From: a virus | Direction: 5' to 3' (one strand) | DNA: 64,000 bases | Virus record (IMG/VR): IMGVR_UViG_2645727704_000002 | Span: 25,773-89,772 of that record | Part shown: piece after piece, positions 43,000 through 52,754 of the stretch | Layout: each line of letters begins with the position of its first letter | Numbering within the stretch: the stretch's first letter is position 1 | Position numbers and translations under genes: made by a program | Notes under the pieces: generated by a model | What the model saw: only the letters and a program-made list of their open reading frames with translations | Database searches by the model: none | What the model was told of the DNA's origin: nothing

Positions 43000-43094
43000 C
43001 ACCTCGCCTCGTTGTTTGGATGATTCTATTATACAACACTTCTGGTTTAATACAACATTAAAGTTATATTTCTTGCTGCCGGGGAGTCGAGCGC

Positions 43095-43421
43095 ATGGAT
43101 TTCTTTCACCGCCTGCTCGAAAAGTGGGACTTGGGCATCGCAGGCTTGCTCGGCGCCCTTGTAGCCACACGCTGGCACAAAGACGACTTGCTGGACCGAA
43201 AGGCCTGGTTTCTGTTCCTGCTTACCGGGATGGCCTGCGCGCACTACCTGACGGGCATGGTCAGCGCCTACTTCGGGATCGTCGAGCCGCGCAGTGTTGC
43301 CGGCGTCGGGTTCCTGCTCGGCACGTTCGGCGGCTCGCTGATCGCCGCCGTGACGCGCGCCATCAAGGCCGCTGATCTCTGGTCTGTCATCAGGTCCAAG
43401 TTCGGAGGGCCTTCCCAATGA
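43095..43421 (+). CDS. Probable holin
   Basis: Three hydrophobic segments; first late gene. Confidence 0.65.
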   Translation: MDFFHRLLEKWDLGIAGLLGALVATRWHKDDLLDRKAWFLFLLTGMACAHYLTGMVSAYFGIVEPRSVAGVGFLLGTFGGSLIAAVTRAIKAADLWSVIRSKFGGPSQ

Positions 43422-43747
43422 TCCTTGAATATGTGAATGCGTTGGCTGCGGGCGTTATCGCGCTGTGGGCTTCCTGGGCGGTGCTGAGCGGCAAGGTACG
43501 CGACGGTGTGATCGGCAAGATTCTCTATGCGGTCATCGCCCTGAGCGGCTACGCCATACTGGCCCGCTCGGACCGCATGTTCTTCACGCCCAACACAGCC
43601 GGCGTCACGATGCACGTTGCCCTGGCCCTGGCCGGTCTCCGTCACATGTTCATGCTGACCTATTGGCCGCGAGTGAAGCGCTGGATCTGCCGGCGCCTGG
43701 ACTGCGACCTGTGCAAGCGGGTTGATCAGCAAAAGCCGGGGAGCTGA
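43418..43747 (+). CDS. Membrane protein of the lysis module
   Basis: Three TM segments, coupled to holin. Confidence 0.6.
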   Translation: MILEYVNALAAGVIALWASWAVLSGKVRDGVIGKILYAVIALSGYAILARSDRMFFTPNTAGVTMHVALALAGLRHMFMLTYWPRVKRWICRRLDCDLCKRVDQQKPGS

Positions 43748-43750
43748 CTG

Positions 43751-44155
43751 ATGCCGCAAAGACCCCAAAGACCTTGCAACGCCCAAGGCTGCCGTGCCCT
43801 TCACCGTAACGCGCATGGCTACTGCGACACGCACGCGGGAATCGCCGAAGAAAAGACCAAGGCTTGGGCGAGTCGGAAAGGATCGGGGCGAGGCGGCAGG
43901 CCGTGGAGGCGCAAGCGAGAGTACATCCTGAAGCGCGACGGATACCTGTGTCGCTGCGATGAGTGCGTGCGGCTTGGCAGAGTGCGGGAGGCGGATGAGG
44001 TTGACCACATCCTGGCTGTTGCGAAGGGCGGTTCTGACGCGGATGACAACCTGAGGGCGATCAATAGCGACTGTCACCGCAGGAAATCCCATGCAGAGCG
44101 AAAAATGGTCAAAAACTCACCAGAAATCTCATTAAATGAGAATTATTACCAATAA
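43751..44155 (+). CDS. HNH endonuclease (packaging associated)
   Basis: RDGYLCRC..EVDHILAVAKGGSDADDNLRAINSDCHRRK. Confidence 0.88.
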   Translation: MPQRPQRPCNAQGCRALHRNAHGYCDTHAGIAEEKTKAWASRKGSGRGGRPWRRKREYILKRDGYLCRCDECVRLGRVREADEVDHILAVAKGGSDADDNLRAINSDCHRRKSHAERKMVKNSPEISLNENYYQ

Positions 44156-44245
44156 TGCAGGGGGGAGGGTCAAAAGTTCAGACCTTTTCGGCCGGACACC
44201 GTCCGCCCAGTCGTTTTTTTACACCCGCGAAATATAAAGTTTAGT
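44156..44245 (+). other. Probable cos / packaging initiation region
   Basis: Non-coding gap between HNH and small terminase with GGGGGAGGGTCAAAAGT, the usual location for HK97-like phages; cut site not determined. Confidence 0.5.
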
Positions 44246-44255
44246 GGAGGCGCCG

Positions 44256-44735
44256 ATGCCAGGGGTTGCCGGGCGCTCCGGCCGTCGCCCAAAACCCACG
44301 GCCCAGAAGGCGCTGGCCGGCAATCCCGGCAAGCGGAAGCTGAACAAGGACGAGCCTGATTTCGCCCTTGTGACCAACGTCGATCCCCCCGAATGGCTGT
44401 GTGAGCACGCTACCAGGGTGTGGCAGATGCTGGTGCCCGAGCTGCTGAAGGCGAAGGTGCTGGCGCTCACTGACCTGCACAACGTCGAGGCCTTTTGCAC
44501 AGCCTATGGCAACTGGCGCATGGCCCAGGAGTCGGTGCGCAATCACGGCATCGTCGTTGCCGGCGCCACGGGCGGACCGGTGAAGAATCCGGCGCTCACC
44601 GCGGCGAATGAAGCGATGCGCCAGATGGTCACCTTCGGCTCGATGCTGGGCCTGGACCCGGCCAGCCGCACGCGGATCATCGGCGGCAACAAGCAGAAAA
44701 CCACCAACGAGTTCGCAGCCCTACTGAGTATCTGA
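44256..44735 (+). CDS. Terminase small subunit (P27 family)
   Basis: GRRPKPT...[24 protein letters not shown]. Confidence 0.9.
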   Translation: MPGVAGRSGRRPKPTAQKALAGNPGKRKLNKDEPDFALVTNVDPPEWLCEHATRVWQMLVPELLKAKVLALTDLHNVEAFCTAYGNWRMAQESVRNHGIVVAGATGGPVKNPALTAANEAMRQMVTFGSMLGLDPASRTRIIGGNKQKTTNEFAALLSI

Positions 44736-46462
44736 TGGCCAGAGCCAAGTACACCAACGTCGACAAGGCGATGACGTGGGCAAGGTCCGTTCTCAAGGGC
44801 AAGTTTCCAGCGTGCCGCTACATTCATCAGGCCATCGAGCGGCACTTCGAAGACGTCGCGGCGAGCCGCGCGAAGAACTACCCCTACAAGTTCGACCCGG
44901 CCAAGGCCGAGAAGAAGTTGCGGCTAATACAGCTGCTGCCGCACACCAAGGGCGAGTGGGCGTTCAAGCGGCAGCTGATCACCCTTGAGCCTTGGCAGTT
45001 GTTCGGCCTGGCCTGCACGTTCGGTTGGGTGCGCAAGAAAGGCGGGTACCGCCGCTTCCGCGAAAGCTACTGGGAAGTGCCGCGCAAGAACGGCAAGTCG
45101 GTGATCGCCGCCGGCGTCGGCATCAGTATGTTCACCGCCGACAACGAGTTCGGCGCCGAGGTGTACTCAGGCGCCACCACGGAGAAACAAGCGTGGGAGG
45201 TATTCCGGCCGGCCCGGCTGATGGTCAGCCGCTCGCCGATGCTGATCGAGGCGGCCGGTATCGAGGTCAACGCCTCAAACCTGAACATTCCGTCCAACGG
45301 CAGCCGCTTCGAACCATTGATCGGCAACCCTGGCGACGGTGCTTCACCGTCCTGCGCCATCATCGACGAATTCCACGAACACGATACCGCCGCCCAGTAC
45401 GACACCATGCTCACCGGCATGGGCGCCCGTCGACAGCCGCTGATGTTCATCATCACTACGGCCGGTCCAAACATCGCGGGGCCGTGTTATGACAAGCGCC
45501 GCCAGGTCATTGAGATGCTGAACAGAACTGTCCCTGACGACGAGTTGTTCGGCTACATCTGGACCCTGGATGAGGGTGACGACTGGACCGACCCGAAAAA
45601 TCTGGCCAAGGCCAACCCCTGCATAGGGGTGTCGGTATTCCAAGAGTATCTGGAGAGCATGCTGGCCAAGGCGCTCCGGTCAGCGCGATTTACAAACACC
45701 TTCAAGACTAAGCACCTGAACCTTTGGGTGAGCGCGAAAACCGGCTTCTTCAACATGGAGAGCTGGAAGGCCTGCGAGGACAAGTCGCTCACGCTCGAGC
45801 AGTTCGAGGGCCAGGAGTGGGTTGCAGGCTTCGACCTGGCGCGCAAGCTGGACATGAACTCGCGGGCGCGTCTGTTCTGGCGGGAGATCGACGGAAAGAT
45901 TCACTACTACAGCGTGGCCCCGGCCTTCTGGGTACCGGAAGACACGGCCAACGACGTGGACAACAAACGCATGACCGAGCGCTTCCAGGCCTGGGTCAAC
46001 ACCGGCCACCTCACGGCCACGCCCGGCGCCGAAGTGGATTACCGGGAAATCCTCGAAGACACCAAGGAAGCCAATAAGCTGGCGCCGATCAGGGAAAGCC
46101 CGATCGACCCGCACGGCGCCACTGGCCTCAGCCACGACCTGGACGACGAAGGCTTCAACCCGATCACCATCACCCAGAACTACACGAACATGTCCGACGG
46201 CATGAAGGAACTAGAGGCGGCGATCGAGGCGGGGCGCTTCCACCATGACGGCAACCCGATCATGACCTGGTGCATCGGCAACGTGATCGGCAAAAACCTG
46301 CCTGGCAATGACGATGTGGTGCGCCCTATCAAGCAGGGCGAAGACAACAAGATCGACGGCGCCGTGGCGCTGATCATGGCCACAGGCCGAGTCATGGCGC
46401 AGGCCCAGTCGGGTAACAGCGTCGATAACTTCATGGATGCCATTCGGAACCCAATCTACTGA
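44735..46462 (+). CDS. Terminase large subunit
   Basis: VPRKNGKS Walker A, IIDEFH Walker B, KIDGAVA nuclease motif. Confidence 0.95.
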   Translation: MARAKYTNVDKAMTWARSVLKGKFPACRYIHQAIERHFEDVAASRAKNYPYKFDPAKAEKKLRLIQLLPHTKGEWAFKRQLITLEPWQLFGLACTFGWVRKKGGYRRFRESYWEVPRKNGKSVIAAGVGISMFTADNEFGAEVYSGATTEKQAWEVFRPARLMVSRSPMLIEAAGIEVNASNLNIPSNGSRFEPLIGNPGDGASPSCAIIDEFHEHDTAAQYDTMLTGMGARRQPLMFIITTAGPNIAGPCYDKRRQVIEMLNRTVPDDELFGYIWTLDEGDDWTDPKNLAKANPCIGVSVFQEYLESMLAKALRSARFTNTFKTKHLNLWVSAKTGFFNMESWKACEDKSLTLEQFEGQEWVAGFDLARKLDMNSRARLFWREIDGKIHYYSVAPAFWVPEDTANDVDNKRMTERFQAWVNTGHLTATPGAEVDYREILEDTKEANKLAPIRESPIDPHGATGLSHDLDDEGFNPITITQNYTNMSDGMKELEAAIEAGRFHHDGNPIMTWCIGNVIGKNLPGNDDVVRPIKQGEDNKIDGAVALIMATGRVMAQAQSGNSVDNFMDAIRNPIY

Positions 46463-46626
46463 TGAACGCCGCGACGATCCTCTACCTGGTCACCGCGCTG
46501 CTGGGCTTCGCCCTGATGGTGGCGGGTGTATTCACTCTGGCCGGTACCGGCTGGGCTCTCATCACTGCCGCATGCAGCCTCTTTTGCATTGCGGCCTTTG
46601 TTCGTCAGGGGCTGATCAGTGGCTAA
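46462..46626 (+). CDS. Small two-TM protein between terminase and portal (54 aa), not in ORF track
   Basis: ATG overlaps terminase TGA; [23 protein letters not shown]... Confidence 0.6.
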   Translation: MNAATILYLVTALLGFALMVAGVFTLAGTGWALITAACSLFCIAAFVRQGLISG

Positions 46627-47929
46627 CTCACTCACGCGGGCGCTGGGCGCTGCAGCCAGCCGACCCAAGGCGAGTATCAGCGACTGGGTGGGCAAGAAAA
46701 TCCGCTTGAGCGACGGCGGCTTCTGGAGCAGCTTCATCGGCACGCAGTCCAGCAGCGGCAAGGCCGTAACCGTCGACAAGGCCATGCGCCTTTCTGCGGT
46801 ATGGGCATGCGTGCGCATCATCTCGACTTCGGTTGCTGGCCTGCCGTTGAACATCTATCGCCGCCTGCCTGATGGCGGGCGCGAAAACGCTCGGGATTTC
46901 CGCCTGTACGACGTGCTCCACAGCAGTCCGAACGAAGACATGGCGGCATTTCAGTTCTGGCAGTCAGTGGTGGCCTCGATGCTGTTATGGGGCAACGCGT
47001 TTTGCGAGATTCACCGGAACGGGGGAAGGGTGGTCGCCCTTGATTTCCTGCTGCCCTCTCGGGTGGATGTGGAAACCGATGACGATGGTCGCCTGATTTA
47101 CTATTTCAAGCCCCGCAAGGGTGCCCGACGCCAGATCGAGCGGGCAGACATGTTGCACATTCCGGCGTTCACGCTGGACGGTCGGATGGGTATGTCCGCC
47201 ATTCGCTACGGTGCCGATGTGTTCGGCGCGGCGATGTCGGCGGATGACGCGGCAAACAGCACGTTCAAGAACGGCATGATGCCCACGGTGGGCTTTTCGG
47301 TCGACCGCACCTTGACGCCCGCCCAGCGGGAAGACTTTCGCGAGTACGTAAAGACCATCAGTGGCGCACTCAACGCCGGCAAGAGTCCCGTTTTTGAGCA
47401 GGGAGTGAAACCCGAGCAGTTGGGTATCAAGCCTGCCGACGCTCAACTGCTGGAGTCCCGCGGACACAGCGTCGAGGAAATCTGCCGCTGGTTTGGTGTA
47501 CCGCCCTGGATGGTGATGAAGACCGACAAGGGCAGTAACTGGGGCACGGGTCTGGAGCAGCAGCAGATCGCGTTCCTGACCTACTGCATCATGTCCTACA
47601 CCGCGCCGATCGAGCAGTGCATCAACAAGTTCTGCCTGACGGCAACCGATCGCATCAGCTACTACGCCGAGTACTCCCTGGAAGCGTTCCTGCGCGCCGA
47701 CAGCGCCGGCCGCGCCGCCTACCTCAGCACCATGGGCCAGAACGGCTACATGACTCGCAACGAAGGGCGCCGCAAGGAAAACCTGCCAAGCATGCCAGGC
47801 GGTGACGTGCTGACGGTGCAGTCGAACCTGGTACCGCTGGACCAGCTCGGCAAGCAGGACACCCAGGAAACCGCCCGCAACGCTTTGAAGAACTGGCTCG
47901 GCGAGTCAGGCAACGCCTCTCAGGAGTAA
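46619..47929 (+). CDS. Portal protein, HK97 family
   Basis: AVWACVRII, LLWGNAF, EEICRWFGVPP, TRNEGRRKENLP. Confidence 0.95.
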   Translation: MANSLTRALGAAASRPKASISDWVGKKIRLSDGGFWSSFIGTQSSSGKAVTVDKAMRLSAVWACVRIISTSVAGLPLNIYRRLPDGGRENARDFRLYDVLHSSPNEDMAAFQFWQSVVASMLLWGNAFCEIHRNGGRVVALDFLLPSRVDVETDDDGRLIYYFKPRKGARRQIERADMLHIPAFTLDGRMGMSAIRYGADVFGAAMSADDAANSTFKNGMMPTVGFSVDRTLTPAQREDFREYVKTISGALNAGKSPVFEQGVKPEQLGIKPADAQLLESRGHSVEEICRWFGVPPWMVMKTDKGSNWGTGLEQQQIAFLTYCIMSYTAPIEQCINKFCLTATDRISYYAEYSLEAFLRADSAGRAAYLSTMGQNGYMTRNEGRRKENLPSMPGGDVLTVQSNLVPLDQLGKQDTQETARNALKNWLGESGNASQE

Positions 47930-47932
47930 CCC

Positions 47933-48796
47933 ATGAAGCACAAGATTCAATCTCGCGGCTTGCGCAGCGAGGTGAGCCCGCGCGCGCTCGACAAATGGAA
48001 TCCGGCTATTCAGGCCGCCGTCGAAAGCACCGCCGAGACCATCACCGTGTATGGCGTGATCGGTGAGGACTGGTACGGGGAAGGCGTTACCCTCAAACGC
48101 ATCGACGCCGCGCTGCGGGCTATCGGCGAGCGTGATGTGACCGTATACATCAACTCGCCCGGCGGTGACATGTTCGAGGGTATCGCTATCTACAACCGCC
48201 TGCTCGAGCACAGCCACAAGGTCACCACCAAGGTGCTGGGGATGGCGGCCAGCGCCGCGTCGATCATCTACCTGGCTGGCGCCGAGCGTCAGGTCGCCAG
48301 TAGCGCCTTCCTGATGATCCACAACTGCTGGACCTTCCTCGCCGGCAACCGCCACTACCTGCGCGACGTAGCCGATGACATGGAAGAGTTCGATGCCGCC
48401 ATGGCCGACCTCTACGCCGAGACTAGCGGCCAGACGCCTGACAGCATGGCGGAGCTGATGGATGACGAGACGTTCATCCGCGGCAAGCGTGCCGTGGAGC
48501 TCGGTCTGGCCACCAGCATCCTGGCCGCAGGCGAAGTCACTGAGCGCGAAACCGAAGAGACTGCCCAGGCCAATGCCCTGAAAGCCATGGACACGGCATT
48601 GGCCAAAGCCGGCATGCCCCGGTCCGAGCGCCGTGAACTGTTCGCCAGTTTCAAGTCCAGCATGCCTCGCGCTGCTGGCGGGGGTACGCCTCGCGCTGCC
48701 CTGACCGACAAGCCGAACGCTGTCGCTCCCGACCTGTCGGCCTCTCTTGCCCAGGTCGCAGCAATCTCCAATCTCCTTAAAGGAACTTCGCGATGA
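47933..48796 (+). CDS. ClpP-like head maturation protease
   Basis: INSPGGDMFEG, AASAAS, LMIHN. Confidence 0.92.
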   Translation: MKHKIQSRGLRSEVSPRALDKWNPAIQAAVESTAETITVYGVIGEDWYGEGVTLKRIDAALRAIGERDVTVYINSPGGDMFEGIAIYNRLLEHSHKVTTKVLGMAASAASIIYLAGAERQVASSAFLMIHNCWTFLAGNRHYLRDVADDMEEFDAAMADLYAETSGQTPDSMAELMDDETFIRGKRAVELGLATSILAAGEVTERETEETAQANALKAMDTALAKAGMPRSERRELFASFKSSMPRAAGGGTPRAALTDKPNAVAPDLSASLAQVAAISNLLKGTSR

Positions 48797-49983
48797 GCGA
48801 CTACGAAAAGCAGTACAACGAACTGAACGCCAGCCTGAAAACGATCGGCGATCAGATCAAAGCGCAGGCTGAAGCCAGCGAAAAGCAGATCAAGGCTTCC
48901 GGCGAGATGAATGCCGAGACCCGTGCCAAGGTGGACGAGTTGCTCTCCAAACAAGGCGAGCTTAACGCGCGCCTGGGCGAAGCCGAGCAGAAACTCGTCA
49001 ATGCCGGCCGCGGCCAGCAGCACCAGGAAGAGCCTCAGAAGTCTGTCGGCGCCCTGGTCATCGAGAGCGAAGAGATGAAGGACATGAACTCGTCCTTCCG
49101 TGGCTCGCGCCGGGTATCCGTTCCTCGCGCCGCGATTACGACCGCCACCGGTGGCGGCCTGGTCGCGCCTCAGCGCTTGGACACCATCGCCGCGCCCCCT
49201 CCGCGCCGTCTGACCATCCGCGACCTGGTGGCGCCTGGGACCACGGAGTCGAACTCGATCGAGTACATTCGCGAGACCGGTTTCACCAACAATGCACGCA
49301 CCGTGGCGGAGACCACCGCCAAGCCGTACTCTGACCTGACCTTCGCGCTGACCACCGCCAACGTGCGCACCATCGCGCACCTGTTTAAGGCCAGTCGCCA
49401 GATGCTGGACGACGCGAAGGCACTGCAAAGCTACATCGACGGCCGCGCGCGCTACGGCCTGATGATGGCCGAGGAAGCCCAGTTGCTGTATGGCAGCGGT
49501 ACCGGGGCCAACCTGCAAGGGCTCATGACCGTCGCGCAGCTGTACGCTGCTCCCACCGGCGTGACTGTGGTCGGCGAGCAACGAATCGACCGCCTGCGCC
49601 TGGCGCTGCTGCAGGCCGAGCTGGCCGAGTTCCCGTCAGACGGCATCGTGCTCAACCCGATCGACTGGGCGGCGATCGAGCTGACCAAGGACGGCGAGGG
49701 CCGCTACATCATCGGTCAGCCTCAGGACGGCACCACGCCGCGCCTGTGGAATCGTCCCGTGGTCAACACCCAAGCCATCACGCAGAACGACTTCCTGGTC
49801 GGCGCCTTCAAGCTGGGCGCGCAGATCTACGACCGCATGGAAATCGAAGTGCTGATCTCGACCGAGAACGACAAGGACTTCGAGAACAACATGGCGACCA
49901 TCCGCGCCGAGGAGCGCCTGGCATTCGCCATCTACCGCGACGAAGCGTTCGTTACCGGGCCGCTGACCGGCACCAACCCCTAA
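48793..49983 (+). CDS. Major capsid protein, HK97 family
   Basis: N-terminal coiled-coil delta domain; GGGLVAP, IRAEERLA. Confidence 0.95.
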   Translation: MSDYEKQYNELNASLKTIGDQIKAQAEASEKQIKASGEMNAETRAKVDELLSKQGELNARLGEAEQKLVNAGRGQQHQEEPQKSVGALVIESEEMKDMNSSFRGSRRVSVPRAAITTATGGGLVAPQRLDTIAAPPPRRLTIRDLVAPGTTESNSIEYIRETGFTNNARTVAETTAKPYSDLTFALTTANVRTIAHLFKASRQMLDDAKALQSYIDGRARYGLMMAEEAQLLYGSGTGANLQGLMTVAQLYAAPTGVTVVGEQRIDRLRLALLQAELAEFPSDGIVLNPIDWAAIELTKDGEGRYIIGQPQDGTTPRLWNRPVVNTQAITQNDFLVGAFKLGAQIYDRMEIEVLISTENDKDFENNMATIRAEERLAFAIYRDEAFVTGPLTGTNP

Positions 49984-50029
49984 TCAATCAGATGACGGCG
50001 CTGTAACCGGCGCACGTCTGGAGAACTCT

Positions 50030-50539
50030 ATGGCTCGCAAGAAGCAAACCCCTGCCCGCAGCGCGGGCGAGCAGAGCGACACCCCAAGCCAGGGCGTTGC
50101 GGAGGCACCGCAGACCACTGAGGTACCGTCAGGCGAATCCAGCCAGGCTTCAACGATTGAGCCGGACCCGCAGCAAGCAATAACCACCGGCGTCTCGGTT
50201 GGCTCCGCTCCAGAAGTTGGTACCGCCAACCCGGTTAGTCTTGGCACATCATCGGCGGACCTGAAGCAGGGGTTGTCGTCGGGCGACTCCACTGGAGATG
50301 AAACCGTTTCCGAAGATGCCGCCGGTGCAGAAGCCGGATCGACTGGTGAATCCCCCGAGGCCGGGAAACCTGCCGTTGCAAATCCGAACCCAGTCAATTT
50401 GGTGATCTATCCGCTTCGGTCCTACATGGACGAAGGCGAATTGCGTCGCCGGTCCGGCGCTGGTTATAGCGTGCCTCGGCGCCACGCCGAGCAGTTGGTG
50501 CAAAAGGGCCTGGCGTCTCTTGAGCCGCTGGAGGAGTAA
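50030..50539 (+). CDS. Head-associated protein, low-complexity N-terminus
   Basis: Ser/Pro/Gly-rich linker; C-terminal HAEQLVQKGLA. Confidence 0.6.
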   Translation: MARKKQTPARSAGEQSDTPSQGVAEAPQTTEVPSGESSQASTIEPDPQQAITTGVSVGSAPEVGTANPVSLGTSSADLKQGLSSGDSTGDETVSEDAAGAEAGSTGESPEAGKPAVANPNPVNLVIYPLRSYMDEGELRRRSGAGYSVPRRHAEQLVQKGLASLEPLEE

Positions 50540-50541
50540 GC

Positions 50542-51018
50542 ATGTCTGTGATCGCCATCGAAGTCGCGATGCGTCACGTGCGAGCAGATCCGGACGACGA
50601 GTTGCTGGTGCAGTCCTACCTCGACGCTGCCGAGGATGCGGCGATGGGTTTCCTCAACCGCCGTTTCTATATCGATCAGGTTGCGCTCGACGTAGCGCGG
50701 GCGGGCGTGGCTGAGACGATGCGGCAGGCCAAGGACGCCAATCTTGCAGCGATTGCTGCAGCTGACTTGGAGCAGGACCACAGTCTGCGCTGCCGTCTGC
50801 TGGAGCATGCTCGCTCTGCCCTGGCGGAGGCCTACGACCAGGCCGATGCCATCGCCTACGGCATGGTGCTGAATCCCTCCATTCAATCTGCATGTCTTCT
50901 GAAACTCGGCCATCTGTTCGTCAATCGCGAAGAGGTGGTGGTTGCAGCGACCGCTAACGAGCTGCCGCTGGCATCTCAGCACTTGCTCATGCCGCACCGC
51001 GTGCGCATGGGCGTTTAG
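50542..51018 (+). CDS. Head-tail connector (gp6-like)
   Basis: HVRADPDDELLVQSYLDAAE...GHLFVNRE. Confidence 0.88.
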   Translation: MSVIAIEVAMRHVRADPDDELLVQSYLDAAEDAAMGFLNRRFYIDQVALDVARAGVAETMRQAKDANLAAIAAADLEQDHSLRCRLLEHARSALAEAYDQADAIAYGMVLNPSIQSACLLKLGHLFVNREEVVVAATANELPLASQHLLMPHRVRMGV

Positions 51019-51060
51019 CGATCTGGCTATTCGCCAGGCCACATCCTCCCTGGAGTAATC

Positions 51061-51462
51061 ATGCAAATACCTCGGATCGGTGAGCTGACTCGCCGTGTCT
51101 ACCTGCGCGTGCGCGAGGACATTGCCAATCCTGATGATCCTGGCCTGCAATCACAGTACCTGCCTGCTCCCAAGACCTGGGCGAAGATTCAGCCTGTGGG
51201 TAACGCTATCTACAGCGGTTCAGTCCAGACCGGCAAGGCGGTGACGCACCGGATCATCCTGCGCTTCCGGTCCGGAATCACCGATGCGCATGAGGTGGTG
51301 GAGACGTACCGGGGCGTCGATATCGTCTACCGGGTGCGCCGGGTGAGCGATCTCGGCAACCGGCTGTTCACGGTACTGGAGGTCGAAGAACTCGGCCAGG
51401 CGCTCGATCCGGCCGCGATTCCGATGCCCGATACACCTGCAGGAGGTGGCTATGTCTACTGA
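51061..51462 (+). CDS. Head closure protein
   Basis: GELTRRV, TWAKI, THRIILR. Confidence 0.8.
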   Translation: MQIPRIGELTRRVYLRVREDIANPDDPGLQSQYLPAPKTWAKIQPVGNAIYSGSVQTGKAVTHRIILRFRSGITDAHEVVETYRGVDIVYRVRRVSDLGNRLFTVLEVEELGQALDPAAIPMPDTPAGGGYVY

Positions 51463-51961
51463 GGCAAGCATTCAGCCCTACATGCACATCGAGGGCTTCG
51501 ACAACCTGCCTAAGGACTTCTTCGACAAGCGCAAAGTCCGGGCCGGCATGCGCAAGGTCGGCAAGCTGATCACCCAGCGTGCGCAGCTTGCGCTGGCACT
51601 GGCCCGCGGGCAGCACAACTATCCGGTCAGCCGTACTGGTGCAACGCTTGAATCCATCAGCTTCAAGGTTTCCCGCTCCGGCTTCCTGGTGCGGGTCGCG
51701 CCGAAGAAGACCGATCGGATGTCGGAGTACTATCCGGCCTACCTGCATTACGGGGTCAAGGCGGGGCGGCGCGTCAGGGCAAGAGCACCAGGTGGCAGGC
51801 GCTTCCGCCGCGGCCAGCGGGCACGCCTTGTGGCAGCTCGCGCTGCCGGTGAATGGCGGATCAAGCCGCGAGCCAACTACATGGCCGAAACGCTGGACGA
51901 CTCCAAGGAAGACGTGCGGCGCATCCTGACCGCAGCATTCGCCAGCGCGCTGGGGGGGTGA
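51452..51961 (+). CDS. HK97 gp10-like neck protein
   Basis: RTGATLESI, YPAYLHYG. Confidence 0.7.
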   Translation: MSTEASIQPYMHIEGFDNLPKDFFDKRKVRAGMRKVGKLITQRAQLALALARGQHNYPVSRTGATLESISFKVSRSGFLVRVAPKKTDRMSEYYPAYLHYGVKAGRRVRARAPGGRRFRRGQRARLVAARAAGEWRIKPRANYMAETLDDSKEDVRRILTAAFASALGG

Positions 51962-51964
51962 TCC

Positions 51965-52540
51965 ATGCGTCTGACCCCATTGATCGAACACATCAAGACC
52001 CACTGCCCTTCGTTCTCCAAGCGGGTGAGCGGCGGCATCGATATCGAATCGGTGATGACCTCGGCCAAGCTGGCCTTGCCGGCTGCCTATGTGATCTACA
52101 CCGGTGACGAGACCACCGAGACCCAGTCCTCGAACAAGGTGGTGCAGGGCCTGACCGATCAGTTCGATGTGCTGGTGGCCATGCAGACCACCGACGAGCG
52201 CGGCCAGCAGGCAGTGGACCTGGTGCACGTCCTGCGCGCCGAGCTGTTCCGGGCGCTGGTCGGGCTTGAATCAAACGATCACGAACCGATTGCCTATACA
52301 GGCGGCAGCCTCACGGCGATCGACCGGGCGCGGGTGGTGTATCGCTTCGGTTTCGAGGCCGAGAGCCAGATCGGCCGCACGCGCCCGGGCGCACCCGCTG
52401 AGACCTGGCAGGAATACAAGCTCGATCACTTGCCGGACTTCAAAGGGCTGGATGTCGAGTATGCCCAGCTGATTCCCGGCGACACCGGCCCGACCCCTGA
52501 TAGCCAGGGCGCTTTGAAAACTTCCGTCGAACTTCCCTAA
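51965..52540 (+). CDS. Tail terminator (Mu gp37-like)
   Basis: Synteny; LPAAYVI motif. Confidence 0.65.
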   Translation: MRLTPLIEHIKTHCPSFSKRVSGGIDIESVMTSAKLALPAAYVIYTGDETTETQSSNKVVQGLTDQFDVLVAMQTTDERGQQAVDLVHVLRAELFRALVGLESNDHEPIAYTGGSLTAIDRARVVYRFGFEAESQIGRTRPGAPAETWQEYKLDHLPDFKGLDVEYAQLIPGDTGPTPDSQGALKTSVELP

Positions 52541-52550
52541 AGGTTCTCCC

Positions 52551-52754
52551 ATGACTCAAATCACCGTCACTCCGGTGGCCGGGCGCGCTGTGCCCGACCC
52601 GGAGCTGGGCACGCTGCTGTCCAAAGAAGGCCGCACTGTCACCCTCGATCCGTACTGGCAGCGCCGCCTGCTCGACGGCGATGTGAAAGAAGCGGCGCCG
52701 ACCGAGCCCACGAAGGTCTCGAAAACCACCAAGACCGGGAGCGATGACCAATGA
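52551..52754 (+). CDS. DUF2635 (Mu gp38-like) protein
   Basis: GRAVPDP...YWQRRLLDGDV. Confidence 0.8.
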   Translation: MTQITVTPVAGRAVPDPELGTLLSKEGRTVTLDPYWQRRLLDGDVKEAAPTEPTKVSKTTKTGSDDQ

